Positions 36,095 to 51,919 of a DNA stretch of 64,000 nt are shown one piece after another. The DNA is taken from NCBI RefSeq assembly GCF_056746865.1, contig NZ_CM163382.1; one strand, written 5' to 3'. Under the pieces are notes generated by a model. That model worked only from the letters and a program-made list of their open reading frames with translations. It ran no database searches and had not been told where the DNA came from. The position numbers were made by a program, and so were the translations under genes. Numbering within the stretch: the first letter of the stretch is position 1; each line of letters starts with the position of its first letter.

Positions 36095-36943
36095 ATGAGA
36101 AACAAACTCTCTTTCGACTTGCAGTTGAGCGCCAGAAAAGCGGCAATCGCTGAACGGATTGCCGCCCATAAAATTGCCCGCAGCAAAGTGTCGGTCTTTT
36201 TAATGGCGATGTCCGCTGGCGTGTTTATGGCGATCGGATTTACTTTTTACCTTTCCGTTATCGCCGATGCCCCGTCTTCACAGGCATTAACCCATCTGGT
36301 GGGTGGCCTTTGCTTTACACTCGGCTTTATTTTGCTGGCGGTTTGCGGCACCAGCCTGTTCACCTCGTCGGTAATGACGGTGATGGCAAAAAGTCGGGGC
36401 GTTATTAGCTGGCGAACATGGCTGATTAATGCACTTCTGGTGGCCTGCGGTAATCTGGCAGGTATTGCCTGTTTCAGTTTGTTAATCTGGTTTTCCGGGC
36501 TGGTGATGAGTGAAAACGCGATGTGGGGAGTCGCGGTTTTACACTGCGCCGAGGGCAAAATGCATCATACATTTACTGAATCTGTCAGCCTCGGCATTAT
36601 GTGCAATCTGATGGTTTGCCTGGCGCTGTGGATGAGTTATTGCGGGCGTTCATTATGCGACAAAATCGTCGCCATGATTTTGCCCATCACCCTGTTTGTC
36701 GCCAGTGGCTTTGAGCACTGTATCGCCAATTTGTTTGTGATTCCGTTCGCCATTGCCATTCGCCATTTCGCCCCTCCCCCCTTCTGGCAACTGGCGCACA
36801 GTAGCGCAGACAATTTTCCGGCACTGACGGTCAGCCATTTTATTACCGCCAATCTGCTCCCGGTGATGCTGGGTAATATTATCGGCGGTGCAGTGCTGGT
36901 GAGTATTTGTTATCGGGCTATTTATTTACGTCAGGAACCCTAA
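36095..36943 (+). CDS. focB: formate channel FocB (FNT family)
   Basis: 282-aa polytopic ORF; formate/nitrite transporter family features; length matches FocB. Confidence 0.9.
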   Translation: MRNKLSFDLQLSARKAAIAERIAAHKIARSKVSVFLMAMSAGVFMAIGFTFYLSVIADAPSSQALTHLVGGLCFTLGFILLAVCGTSLFTSSVMTVMAKSRGVISWRTWLINALLVACGNLAGIACFSLLIWFSGLVMSENAMWGVAVLHCAEGKMHHTFTESVSLGIMCNLMVCLALWMSYCGRSLCDKIVAMILPITLFVASGFEHCIANLFVIPFAIAIRHFAPPPFWQLAHSSADNFPALTVSHFITANLLPVMLGNIIGGAVLVSICYRAIYLRQEP

Positions 36944-36948
36944 AAATC

Positions 36949-36974
36949 AGCCCGGCGAAACAGTTCGTCGGGCT
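36949..36974. terminator. hairpin terminator between convergent focB and perM
   Basis: AGCCCGGCG-aaacagtt-CGTCGGGCT imperfect hairpin in the 36-bp gap between the two stop codons. Confidence 0.5.
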
Positions 36975-36979
36975 GAAGA

Positions 36980-38041
36980 TTATTCTTGCGCGATTTGCCC
37001 ATCGGGCCAGGCGTGAATCACGGCTTTGATCAGCGTCGCCAATGGAATGGCGAAGAATACGCCCCAGAATCCCCACAAACCACCGAAGATCACTACTGAT
37101 AAAATAATGACCAGCGGATGCAGGTTAACCGCTTCGGAGAACAACACAGGTACTAACAGGTTGCCGTCCAGCGCCTGAATAATCAGATACACCGCGAAGC
37201 AGCTCCAGAATTCCGTGCCAGCACCAAACTGGAATAGCGCCACGCCAACCACCGGAATGGTCACCACAAATGCACCAATGTACGGAATAAGTACCGAGAA
37301 GCCGACCAGCACCGCCAGCAGCAGCGAATAGTTCAGCCCGAAGAGTAAGAATCCCAGCCAGGTGGCAATCCCCACCACGATCATCTCCAGCACTTTGCCG
37401 CGGATATAGTTGGTGATTTGTTGATTCATCTCCTTCCACACCTGTCCTGCCAGTCCACGGTTACGTGGCAGCACCCGGCGAACGGCGTTCAGCATCTGCT
37501 CTTTGTCTTTCAGCAGGAAGAAGACCATCAATGGTACCAGCACCAGATAGACGGCAATGGTCAGCAAACCGACCAGCGAGGCGAGGGAAATTTTCACCAC
37601 CGAATCGCCCATGGTCAGCATCCGACTGCGCATATTTTCGGCCATTGCATCAATAATGCCCGCGTCCATTAACGCCGGATAGCGGCGCGGCAACGTGGCG
37701 GCAAAGTCAGAAAGCTTATTGAGCATCCCCGGCATATCGCGGATTAAGTAGATGCCCTGTTGCCAGGCGATAGGCAGTACCACGAACGCCATCAGTAGCA
37801 ATATACCGACGAAAACCACCAATACAATCGACGTCGCCCAGCGGCGGGAGCAGCCAATAGATTGCAGGCGCACGGTTGGCCATTCCAGCAAATAGGCCAG
37901 CACAATAGCCACCAGCAACGGAGCAAGCAGGCCACTAAAGAAAAAGATAATGCCAAATCCGGCAACTAAAATAACCAGCAAGGCAATCGCTTCCGGGTCG
38001 CTAAAACGGCGGCGATACCATTGCATCAACATTTCGAGCAT
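36980..38041 (-). CDS. perM: AI-2E family permease PerM (YfgO)
   Basis: 353-aa polytopic membrane ORF; length matches PerM/YfgO. Confidence 0.9.
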   Translation of the reverse strand: MLEMLMQWYRRRFSDPEAIALLVILVAGFGIIFFFSGLLAPLLVAIVLAYLLEWPTVRLQSIGCSRRWATSIVLVVFVGILLLMAFVVLPIAWQQGIYLIRDMPGMLNKLSDFAATLPRRYPALMDAGIIDAMAENMRSRMLTMGDSVVKISLASLVGLLTIAVYLVLVPLMVFFLLKDKEQMLNAVRRVLPRNRGLAGQVWKEMNQQITNYIRGKVLEMIVVGIATWLGFLLFGLNYSLLLAVLVGFSVLIPYIGAFVVTIPVVGVALFQFGAGTEFWSCFAVYLIIQALDGNLLVPVLFSEAVNLHPLVIILSVVIFGGLWGFWGVFFAIPLATLIKAVIHAWPDGQIAQE

Positions 38042-38253
38042 AAAGACCTTCCCTGAACCTCAAGAGCGGGATTGCGATCCGCAATTGTATCGAAATGTCA
38101 CAAAAAAGACTTCGCTTTTTATGACGGATTCAGGAAACTGAAAAGTCATTTGAGTGGGCTAATCTTCGCCGTTACACTCAAAGGCGGCGCGGTGGGAACG
38201 ATATTTCACAGTATCGGTCAAATGACTATCTCCAGAAATACAGGATAGAGGTT

Positions 38254-39717
38254 ATGTTCAGGCAGTTGAAAAAAAACCTGGTTGCAACCCTCATTGCTGC
38301 CATGACCATTGGTCAGGTAGCCCCGGCGTTTGCCGACAGCGCAGACACCTTGCCGGATATGGGAACCTCCGCAGGAAGCACGCTTTCCATTGGTCAGGAA
38401 ATGCAGATGGGCGACTATTATGTCCGCCAGCTACGCGGCAGCGCGCCGTTAATTAATGACCCGCTGTTAACGCAATATATTAATTCGCTGGGGATGCGTC
38501 TGGTTTCGCATGCCAATTCGGTTAAGACACCGTTTCATTTTTTTCTGATCAACAACGACGAAATTAACGCCTTTGCTTTCTTTGGCGGCAACGTGGTGCT
38601 GCACTCTGCCCTGTTCCGTTATTCCGATAACGAAAGTCAACTGGCTTCAGTTATGGCGCACGAAATCTCCCACGTCACCCAACGTCACCTGGCGCGAGCG
38701 ATGGAAGATCAACAACGCAGCGCGCCGCTGACCTGGGTCGGCGCGTTAGGTTCTATTTTACTGGCGATGGCCAGTCCGCAGGCGGGGATGGCGGCGCTGA
38801 CCGGTACACTGGCGGGAACGCGCCAGGGGATGATCAGTTTCACCCAGCAAAATGAACAGGAAGCGGACCGCATTGGTATTCAGGTGCTGCAACGCTCGGG
38901 ATTCGATCCGCAGGCGATGCCGACCTTCCTCGAAAAATTGCTCGATCAGGCGCGTTACTCCTCGCGTCCGCCGGAAATTTTATTGACTCACCCGTTGCCG
39001 GAAAGTCGTCTGGCAGATGCCCGCAACCGTGCTAATCAGATGCGTCCGATGGTGGTGCAGTCGTCGGAGGATTTCTATCTGGCGAAAGCGCGCACACTGG
39101 GGATGTATAATTCCGGACGTAATCAGCTCACCAGTGATTTGCTGGATGAATGGGCGAAAGGAAACGTTCGTCAGCAACGAGCAGCACAATATGGTCGTGC
39201 TTTACAGGCGATGGAAGCCAATAAATACGACGAGGCGCGTAAAACGCTGCAACCGTTACTGGCGGCAGAACCTGGCAACGCATGGTATCTCGATCTGGCT
39301 ACCGATATCGATCTTGGGCAAAACAAAGCCAATGAGGCAATCAATCGCCTGAAAAATGCCCGTGATTTGCGCACCAATCCGGTGTTGCAGCTCAACCTGG
39401 CGAACGCTTATCTGCAAGGCGGTCAACCACAAGAAGCGGCCAATATTCTGAATCGCTACACTTTTAACAATAAAGATGACAGCAATGGCTGGGATTTACT
39501 GGCACAGGCGGAGGCGGCGCTAAATAACCGCGATCAGGAACTGGCTGCGCGAGCAGAAGGTTATGCGCTCGCCGGGCGACTCGATCAGGCCATTTCCTTG
39601 TTGAGTAGCGCCAGTTCGCAGGTGAAATTAGGCAGCCTGCAACAAGCGCGTTACGATGCGCGCATCGACCAATTGCGCCAGCTGCAGGAACGCTTTAAGC
39701 CTTATACCAAGATGTAA
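38254..39717 (+). CDS. bepA: periplasmic beta-barrel assembly-enhancing protease BepA (YfgC; M48 peptidase with TPR domain)
   Basis: 487-aa ORF with signal peptide, HEISH zinc motif and C-terminal TPR-like repeats. Confidence 0.9.
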
Positions 39718-39737
39718 TTCGCATTAAAGGAAGAACA

Positions 39738-40097
39738 ATGACCAAACAGGTAAAAATCTACCATAACCCACGCTGTTCAAAGAGCCGGGAAACGCTGAAC
39801 CTGCTGAAAGAAAACGGCGTGGAGCCAGAAGTGGTGCTCTACCTTGAGACACCCGCCGATGCGGCAACGCTGCGCGATTTGCTGAAAATGCTGGGGATGA
39901 ATAGCGCCCGTGAATTGATGCGCCAGAAAGAGGATCTTTATAAAGAACTGAACCTGGCTGACAGTTCACTTAGCGAAGAGGCGCTGATTCAGGCAATGGT
40001 GGATAATCCGAAGCTAATGGAGCGCCCGATTGTGGTCGCGAATGGCAAAGCGCGAATTGGTCGTCCACCGGAGCAGGTGCTGGAAATCGTGGGTTAA
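39738..40097 (+). CDS. yfgD: ArsC-family arsenate reductase-like protein YfgD
   Basis: 119-aa ORF (MTKQVKIYHNPRCSKSRETLNLLKENG...) with ArsC-type CxxS/R motif. Confidence 0.9.
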   Translation: MTKQVKIYHNPRCSKSRETLNLLKENGVEPEVVLYLETPADAATLRDLLKMLGMNSARELMRQKEDLYKELNLADSSLSEEALIQAMVDNPKLMERPIVVANGKARIGRPPEQVLEIVG

Positions 40098-40127
40098 GAA
40101 GTGCTCCATCGCTAGTTGAAGCACATT

Positions 40128-40164
40128 GCCGGATGCGACGCTTGCCGCGTCTTATCCGGCCGAC
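40128..40164. repeat. REP palindromic unit between yfgD and hda
   Basis: tgccggatgcgacgcttgccgcgtcttatccggccgac matches the REP consensus. Confidence 0.7.
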
Positions 40165-40202
40165 GAATACTATGGGTGCATTTCCGACAATAAACGTCTT
40201 GT

Positions 40203-40904
40203 CTACAGTTTCAGAATTTCTTTCACAAACGGAATGGTCAGCTTACGTTGCGCGGTAATCGACGCACGATCCAACTGATCCAACGTCATAAATAACGTGC
40301 GCATTTCTCTGTCGAGCCGCTTCAGCAAGAAACGCCCCACATCTTCCGGCAGTTCAAAACCACGCAAACGCGCGCGTAACTGTAGCGCCTGCAACTTATC
40401 TTCATCAGAAAGTGGCTGCAATTTGTAGATCTGCCCCCAGTCGAGACGCGACGCGAGATCCGGTAATCCAAGATTCAACTGCCGCGGTGGACGATCGCCG
40501 GTGATTAACAACCGTGTTTTGCCCGATTCCAGAATTCGATTGTAGAGATCGAAAATCGCCATCTCCCACAACTCATCGCCTGCAATACACTCAATGTTGT
40601 CGATACAGACCAGCGACAAATGCTCCATACCGTCGAGCACTTCCGGAACAAACCAGGTGCGTTTATCCAGCGGGACATAGCCCACCGCATCGCCACGCTG
40701 CGACAATTCCGCGCAAGCCGCGTGCAGCAGATGGCTGCGCCCCGCGCCTTCGCGTGCCCAGAGATAGATGTAACCGCTATGTTCCTGACGCAGCACGTTT
40801 TGCAGCGCGGCCAGTAAAGAGGAGTTATCCCCCGGCCAGAAACTTGCAAAGGTTTCGTCGTCAGGAAGATAAAGTGGCAAAGAGAGCTGTGCCGGTGTGT
40901 TCAG
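40203..40904 (-). CDS. hda: DnaA regulatory inactivator Hda (DnaA-related AAA+ protein)
   Basis: ORF 40203-40949; start placed at CTG 40904 so the product begins (M)[18 protein letters not shown]... (233 aa), following the documented non-AUG (CUG) start of E. coli hda. Confidence 0.85.
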
Positions 40905-40998
40905 AGATACCTCAACCAGGATTTCACAAAATCGCGAGAAGTTTACCACAGAATCCCATGATGTTTGAACCGGGCAGCAACACTGCCCGGTCGGTACA

Positions 40999-42288
40999 TT
41001 ATTTGTCTGTTATATCCGCGTCTTCTGCGTCCAGCACCACTTCTTCAGGGCGCAGCACACTAATCATTTTGAAGATCAAACTTAAGCCGATACCGACGAT
41101 GGTCGCCAGCGCCATACCTTTCAGCTCCGCCGCGCCGATGTTTACCTTCGCGCCACTGACACCGATGATCAAAATCACGGAAGTCAGGATCAGGTTCTGT
41201 GCTTTGTTGTAATCCACTTTCGATTCGATCAAAACACGAATACCGGAAGCACCGATGACACCATAAAGCAGCAGCGAAACGCCGCCCATCACCGGCAATG
41301 GGATCATCTGGATAGCAGCAGCCAGTTTACCGACGCAGGAAAGCAGGATAGCGAAAATCGTCGCCCCGCCGATAACCCAGGTACTGTAAACACGGGTGAT
41401 CGCCATCACGCCAATGTTTTCCCCGTAGGTGGTGTTTGGCGTGGAGCCAAAGAAGCCGGAGATCACGGTCGACAAGCCGTTAGCAAACATCGAACGGTGC
41501 AGACCTGGATCGCGCAGCAGATCTTTTTTGACGATATTAGCCGTTACCACCAGGTGCCCTACGTGTTCGGCAATAACCACTAACGCCGCTGGCAGAATAG
41601 TCAGAATGGCAAACCACTCGAAGCGCGGCGTATAGAGGGTTGGCAGCGCAAACCAGTGAGCATTAATAATCGGCGTGGTATCGACAATTCCCATTGCGAA
41701 AGAGAGCGCGTAACCCACCAGCACGCCAATTAAAATCGGGATAATTGCCAGGAAACCACGAAACAGCACGGAACCTAAAACCGTGACTGCCAGGGTGGTA
41801 ATGGAGATGATGATGGTTTTGGAGTCTGGCGTTTGCCCTTCAGCCGGGAGTAAACCTGCCATACCGGCAGCTACGCCCGCCAGCTCCAGACCGATGACGG
41901 CAACGATTGCGCCCATTGCCGCAGGTGGAAACAGCACGTCCAGCCAGCCGGTCCCCGCTTTCTTCACGATAAAAGAAACCAGGCAGAACAGCACGCCGCA
42001 CATAATAAAGCCGCCCAGCGCGACTTCATACCCTAACGGCAACAGTAACAATACCGGTGAAATAAAGGCAAAGCTGGAACCAAGATAAGCCGGGATTTTC
42101 CCTTTACAGATGAAGAGATACAGCAGCGTTCCTATACCGTTAAATAACAGTACAGTCGCCGGGTTAATATGAAATAAGACGGGCACCAGGACGGTTGCAC
42201 CAAACATGGCGAACAAATGTTGCAAACTAAGCGGGATTGTCTGTAAAAGTGGCGGTCTTTCACTCACCCCGATAGCACGGCGCGTCAT
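40999..42288 (-). CDS. uraA: uracil:proton symporter UraA
   Basis: ORF 40999-42330; start placed at ATG 42288 ([24 protein letters not shown]...), 429 aa; NCS2 family. Confidence 0.95.
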   Translation of the reverse strand: MTRRAIGVSERPPLLQTIPLSLQHLFAMFGATVLVPVLFHINPATVLLFNGIGTLLYLFICKGKIPAYLGSSFAFISPVLLLLPLGYEVALGGFIMCGVLFCLVSFIVKKAGTGWLDVLFPPAAMGAIVAVIGLELAGVAAGMAGLLPAEGQTPDSKTIIISITTLAVTVLGSVLFRGFLAIIPILIGVLVGYALSFAMGIVDTTPIINAHWFALPTLYTPRFEWFAILTILPAALVVIAEHVGHLVVTANIVKKDLLRDPGLHRSMFANGLSTVISGFFGSTPNTTYGENIGVMAITRVYSTWVIGGATIFAILLSCVGKLAAAIQMIPLPVMGGVSLLLYGVIGASGIRVLIESKVDYNKAQNLILTSVILIIGVSGAKVNIGAAELKGMALATIVGIGLSLIFKMISVLRPEEVVLDAEDADITDK

Positions 42289-42373
42289 AGTATTATCCTC
42301 TGTATTATGTGTTATAGGCGCTTTACTCAAAAAAAAGCCGACTCTTAAAGTCGGCTTTAATTATTTTTATTCT

Positions 42374-43000
42374 TTATTTCGTACCAAAGATTTTGTCACC
42401 GGCATCGCCGAGGCCCGGAATAATGTATCCGTGCTCGTTCAGTCCCTGGTCAATTGATGCAGTATACAGTTCGACGTCCGGGTGCGCTTTTTCCAGCGCT
42501 GCGATACCTTCTGGTGCAGCTACCAGCACCAGAACTTTGATGCTGCTGCAGCCCGCTTTTTTCAGCAGGTCGATGGTCGCGATAACGGAACCACCGGTTG
42601 CCAGCATTGGGTCAACGATCAGCGCCATACGCTCATCGATGTTAGAAACCAGTTTCTGGAAGTACGGTACCGGCTCCAGCGTTTCTTCATTACGGTACAT
42701 ACCGACGACGCTGATGCGCGCGCTCGGAACGTTTTCCAGCACACCGTCCATCATCCCCAGACCCGCACGCAGAATTGGCACAACGGTAATTTTCTTACCT
42801 TTGATCTGGTCGATTTCTACCGGGCCGTTCCAGCCTTCGATAGTTACTTTTTCCGTTTCGAGGTCGGCGGTCGCTTCGTAAGTCAGCAGGCTACCCACTT
42901 CGGAAGCGAGTTCGCGAAAGCGCTTGGTGCTGATATCTTGCTCACGCATCAGTCCCAGCTTGTGTTTGACGAGTGGGTGTTTGACTTCCACGATCTTCAT
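42374..43000 (-). CDS. upp: uracil phosphoribosyltransferase
   Basis: ORF 42374-43027; start placed at ATG 43000 ([20 protein letters not shown]...), 208 aa. Confidence 0.95.
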
Positions 43001-43306
43001 ACTCTTTCTCCTTTGAGGGGCAGCCACAAAAAAAATCGACGGATTATACCTCCTTTCTTCAAGCCGGCAATATTATTTTCGTTGACTTTAGTCAAAATGA
43101 TAACGGTTTGAGATAAAGTTATTTTGTATTCAAATGGTTATGGAAGAAGATTATTCCATCCGAAAACGATCCTTTGCCCTGGTACAAGTATTCTTTCGCC
43201 GCGCGCCTGGGGAAAAGACGTGCAAAAAGGTTGTGTAAAGCAGTCTCGCAAACGTTTGCTTTCCCTGTTAGAATTGCGCCGAATTTTATTTTTCTACCGC
43301 AAGTAA

Positions 43307-44361
<1,055 letters not shown>

Positions 44362-44362
<1 letters not shown>

Positions 44363-45000
44363 TGAATATTGTGGTGCTTATTTCCGGCAACGGAAGTAAT
44401 TTGCAGGCAATTATTGACGCCTGCAAAACCAATAAAATTAAAGGCACCGTACGGGCAGTTTTCAGCAATAAGGCCGACGCGTTCGGCCTTGAACGCGCCC
44501 GCCAGGCGGGTATTGCAACGCATACGCTCATCGCCAGCGCGTTTGACAGTCGTGAAGCCTATGACCGGGAGTTGATTCATGAAATCGACATGTACGCACC
44601 CGATGTGGTCGTGCTGGCTGGTTTTATGCGCATTCTCAGCCCGGCGTTTGTCTCCCACTATGCCGGGCGTTTGCTGAACATTCACCCTTCTCTGCTGCCG
44701 AAATATCCCGGATTACACACCCATCGTCAGGCGCTGGAAAATGGCGATGAAGAGCACGGTACATCGGTGCATTTCGTCACCGATGAACTGGACGGTGGCC
44801 CGGTTATTTTACAGGCGAAAGTCCCGGTATTTGCTGGTGATACGGAAGATGATATCACCGCCCGCGTGCAAACCCAGGAACACGCTATTTATCCACTGGT
44901 GATTAGCTGGTTTGCCGATGGTCGTCTGAAAATGCACGAAAACGCCGCGTGGCTGGATGGTCAACGTCTGCCGCCGCAGGGCTACGCTGCCGACGAGTAA
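44362..45000 (+). CDS. purN: phosphoribosylglycinamide formyltransferase 1
   Basis: 212-aa ORF (MNIVVLISGNGSNLQAIIDA...); start overlaps the purM stop. Confidence 0.95.
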
Positions 45001-45171
45001 TGCCCCCGTAGTTAAAGCGCCAGCTCTGCCGCTGGCGTTTTTCAATTCACCTGTAAATCGCAAGCTCCAGCAGTTTTTTTCCCCCTTTTCTGGCATAGTT
45101 GGACATCTGCCAATATTGCTCGCCATAATATCCAGGCAGTGTCCCGTGAATAAAACGGAGTAAAAGTGGTA

Positions 45172-48784
<3,613 letters not shown>

Positions 48785-48790
48785 TGCTTT

Positions 48791-48817
48791 GCAGGCCGAC
48801 AAGAAATGTCGGCCTGC
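48791..48817. terminator. bidirectional hairpin terminator between convergent ppx and pdeF
   Basis: GCAGGCCGACA-agaaa-TGTCGGCCTGC perfect 11-bp stem in the 38-bp gap between the stop codons. Confidence 0.6.
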
Positions 48818-48822
48818 ATTAT

Positions 48823-51066
48823 TCAGGCACTTTCGCGAATGGGTTCGATTTCATTCAGCGTATCAATTAACGGTTGCGGCTTACCAATAAGATAACCCTG
48901 CATATAATCGATCCCCAAAGAGAGCACCGCCTCGCGGATCTCTTCGTTTTCAACGTACTCTGCCACTACCCGCATTTTCTTCATTCGCGCCAGGTGGCAA
49001 ATCGACGCCACTATCTGATAATCCAGACTATTTGACACAATATTGCGGATAAAACTGCCGTCAATTTTAAGCAAATCGGCATTCACATTTTTAAGCCGCG
49101 CATAGCTGGCGTAGCCGGTGCCGAAATCATCAATCGCAATCTGGCAGCCTAATTCCTGAAGATGCTGCAAGGTGATTTGCGCCTGCTTAACATTGGTCAG
49201 AGCATTACTTTCGGTGACTTCAAAAATAAGTTGCCACGCTTCAATTTGATATTTAGCCAGCAGCTGACTGACTTCAACGGGAAAACGAGCCTGACATACC
49301 GAGGTTGGCGACAGATTAATCGCAAAACGGTGAGCGGGCATCTTCGCTCTGTTTTCAGCCATAAATTGCAGCGTATGCTCAATGACCCACATGTCGATAC
49401 TCGACGATAAACCAAATTCGTGCGCGACCGGCAAGAAGCTGTCGGGGCTGATCAGTTCATCATTCTCACCTTTCATGCGCAGAAGAATTTCATGGTAGAC
49501 ATCGCCACGCATACCGGTAATCAGCTGGGCCATCAGGAAAAAATGGTTGTGTTCCAGCGCCTGCTGTAGCCGATTCATCATCGCGACTTTATCTTTCAAT
49601 TCGCGTTGCAAATACATTGCCCCGCGACGCTGCATATTTTCCGGGGCGTTGGTCACGATGGAAAGCTCGGCGACCGTATTTAGCTCTCCCAGCAGCAGGT
49701 AGATATGATTCACTGGCGAGCGCACATAGCAGTAACTGACGCCAATCTGCGGTTGCATCGGCATTCCATCCCAAAAGAAACGAAATTGCTTGAGATGGCT
49801 ATCCAGTTCGGTAATGCGCTCCTGGTGCGATTCTGTATTCAGTCGCAGCGCGAGATCGTTACCCGAAAGCTGATAAACATCCTCACCCGGTTCCAGCAAG
49901 GGTGACAGCCAGTGAGAAAGTTTTTGCTTGTATTGAATCCGCAGCATGATGCCATAGTTCTTAACCAGCATTTCCATGCCAGGGATGCGTAAATAACAAA
50001 GCGCAGACCAGGGGGCATCACGCAACGCGCGATTCAGGGCGCGAACATTTGGCAGATGAACCACCGGGTCCACATACGCAAGCCGCTGAATGCGTCTGAC
50101 TACCGCTCTCTGACGGGTTGCCAGTACAGCCATATAATTGACAATAAAAGAGAATACCAGATAACTGGAGGAGGTTATGGTCAGCTGCGTGGTATAGCCA
50201 GGATAAATGGGAATGTAATTTTGATAGCTGTGGATGCTGATCATCAACACGACCGCCCAGAGCAGCGAAATCAGCTTATAACCATAGCGCATCGCTCCCC
50301 ACATCATCAGGGGCAGCAATAATGACAAGGTATAGTTGGTGCTAAAAATTGTGCTTTTTTCATTTAACGGCATGCATAACAGCAGCAGTAAAGCACCTAA
50401 TGCCAGTAGCCAGAGTGCGAACTCTTTTTTGGTGACTTTGACATCAACCTGCTGTTTTAATTGCGAATAATAACTACGTAAATAAAACGGATTTCGCACT
50501 ACACGAATGATGAAGTAGCACAGCGGGACACCAATCAGATTGCCCACCAGTAAGGCCTGATAATTGATTAAGGTCCCGAGGTTAAAAGGCATGACGCCGA
50601 CCAGATTTTCTCTGCTCGCCAGTAATCCTACAAACGCAGCAAACTGGAAAAGTATCAGAAACAGCGTTGCAGGAAACACAATCTGCCAGAATATACGCTG
50701 GGAAATTAAACGTGTATCACCATGTGAAACGTTGTTACGCCGGGGAGTAAAGACCCTGTAACCGCCCCAACAGAGAATGATAATGATAATAAAATTAGCC
50801 GTTAATGAGAGCGTTTCGTAAAAACCCAGCTCTGCATATTTGCGGACAAAAATCCCTAAGGCGATCCCTGGCAATGCCGCCCAGCTGAAAAACATCATCA
50901 TGCTGATCATCAGAGCCAGAGGCAGATAAAAGAGAAAAACCTCACCGGAAGAAATATGCGCGAAAGTATTAATGTGGGCGAAAATGGGCAAGATTAAAGA
51001 AGGCAGGAACAGCGGAAGCCCCCACCATTTATCACGTATTTTTATATAAGTTGCATTCAGTTTCAT
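48823..51066 (-). CDS. pdeF: cyclic-di-GMP phosphodiesterase PdeF (YfgF; membrane-anchored degenerate GGDEF plus EAL)
   Basis: 747-aa ORF; N-terminal multi-TM region, C-terminal EAL domain (EVTESNAL, DDFGTGYA motifs). Confidence 0.9.
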   Translation of the reverse strand: MKLNATYIKIRDKWWGLPLFLPSLILPIFAHINTFAHISSGEVFLFYLPLALMISMMMFFSWAALPGIALGIFVRKYAELGFYETLSLTANFIIIIILCWGGYRVFTPRRNNVSHGDTRLISQRIFWQIVFPATLFLILFQFAAFVGLLASRENLVGVMPFNLGTLINYQALLVGNLIGVPLCYFIIRVVRNPFYLRSYYSQLKQQVDVKVTKKEFALWLLALGALLLLLCMPLNEKSTIFSTNYTLSLLLPLMMWGAMRYGYKLISLLWAVVLMISIHSYQNYIPIYPGYTTQLTITSSSYLVFSFIVNYMAVLATRQRAVVRRIQRLAYVDPVVHLPNVRALNRALRDAPWSALCYLRIPGMEMLVKNYGIMLRIQYKQKLSHWLSPLLEPGEDVYQLSGNDLALRLNTESHQERITELDSHLKQFRFFWDGMPMQPQIGVSYCYVRSPVNHIYLLLGELNTVAELSIVTNAPENMQRRGAMYLQRELKDKVAMMNRLQQALEHNHFFLMAQLITGMRGDVYHEILLRMKGENDELISPDSFLPVAHEFGLSSSIDMWVIEHTLQFMAENRAKMPAHRFAINLSPTSVCQARFPVEVSQLLAKYQIEAWQLIFEVTESNALTNVKQAQITLQHLQELGCQIAIDDFGTGYASYARLKNVNADLLKIDGSFIRNIVSNSLDYQIVASICHLARMKKMRVVAEYVENEEIREAVLSLGIDYMQGYLIGKPQPLIDTLNEIEPIRESA

Positions 51067-51417
51067 AGATGCTCAGCAGAATCCCCCACATCCTGAAGGA
51101 GGTGTATTCAGACAGGCATCCCACCTGACTTCGAATGATGATTATTCATCACTATAGAGAGCATTGATTCTAAGTGTCATATGAAAGTTCCAATTGATAT
51201 ATATCAAACAAAATAACCCTGATTAATGAATTATTACGTTTATCATGTTAATTCATCATTATTACATCATCATTGTAAATAATTAAATTAACTTCCATAA
51301 CATTAAAATATGTATCCACTGACGCTTTTTTACATAACGAAGAATTGACCATTTTGTCCTGTTGTGCCTTAATGTAAGTACCGTCCACAGCGTGGGACAT
51401 ACTTCAAGGAACCTTTT

Positions 51418-51609
51418 GTGAGTCAGGCAACCAGTATGCGAAAACGACACCGATTTAACAGTCGCATGACCCGTATCGTACTGCTCATCAGCTTTATCTT
51501 CTTCTTTGGCCGTTTTATCTACTCGTCCGTCGGTGCATGGCAGCACCATCAGAGCAAAAAAGAAGCTCAGCAATCCACACTCTCCGTCGAATCACCGGTA
51601 CAACGTTAG
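51418..51609 (+). CDS. yfgG: small membrane protein YfgG
   Basis: 63-aa ORF with basic N-terminus and one TM helix (IVLLISFIFFFGRFIYSSV); in K-12 position after pdeF. Confidence 0.8.
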   Translation: MSQATSMRKRHRFNSRMTRIVLLISFIFFFGRFIYSSVGAWQHHQSKKEAQQSTLSVESPVQR

Positions 51610-51919
51610 CGGTTACCTTCTCCACTTTCACAGAACATAACGGCACCTCGCTGTCGGATGCTTTTGCTCTTTGGGATTATCAAAGCGGCAGATATTCTTT
51701 CATCTTAAATTTTACGTCTTTGTCCTGACTGATGTTTTTCCTGTTTGGCTGCGAAATAAATATAAAATTAATACATATATTTTAATGATGTATTTTTATA
51801 AATTATTTCCCACATGAATTTTAATAAATTTAATCTATTCCTTTATACGCAATACATTTACTTTCCTCTTTTGATGATCTTAAATGTCTTATTTTTCGTA
51901 ATGTGTATAACAAGGAATA

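Noticed and set aside
40514-41212. 232-aa plus-strand ORF spanning the hda-uraA region
   Set aside because: Antisense to hda and the uraA 3' end; Arg/Pro-rich low-complexity translation.
42393-43111. 162-aa and 209-aa plus-strand ORFs
   Set aside because: Antisense to upp, which is clearly the real gene on the minus strand.
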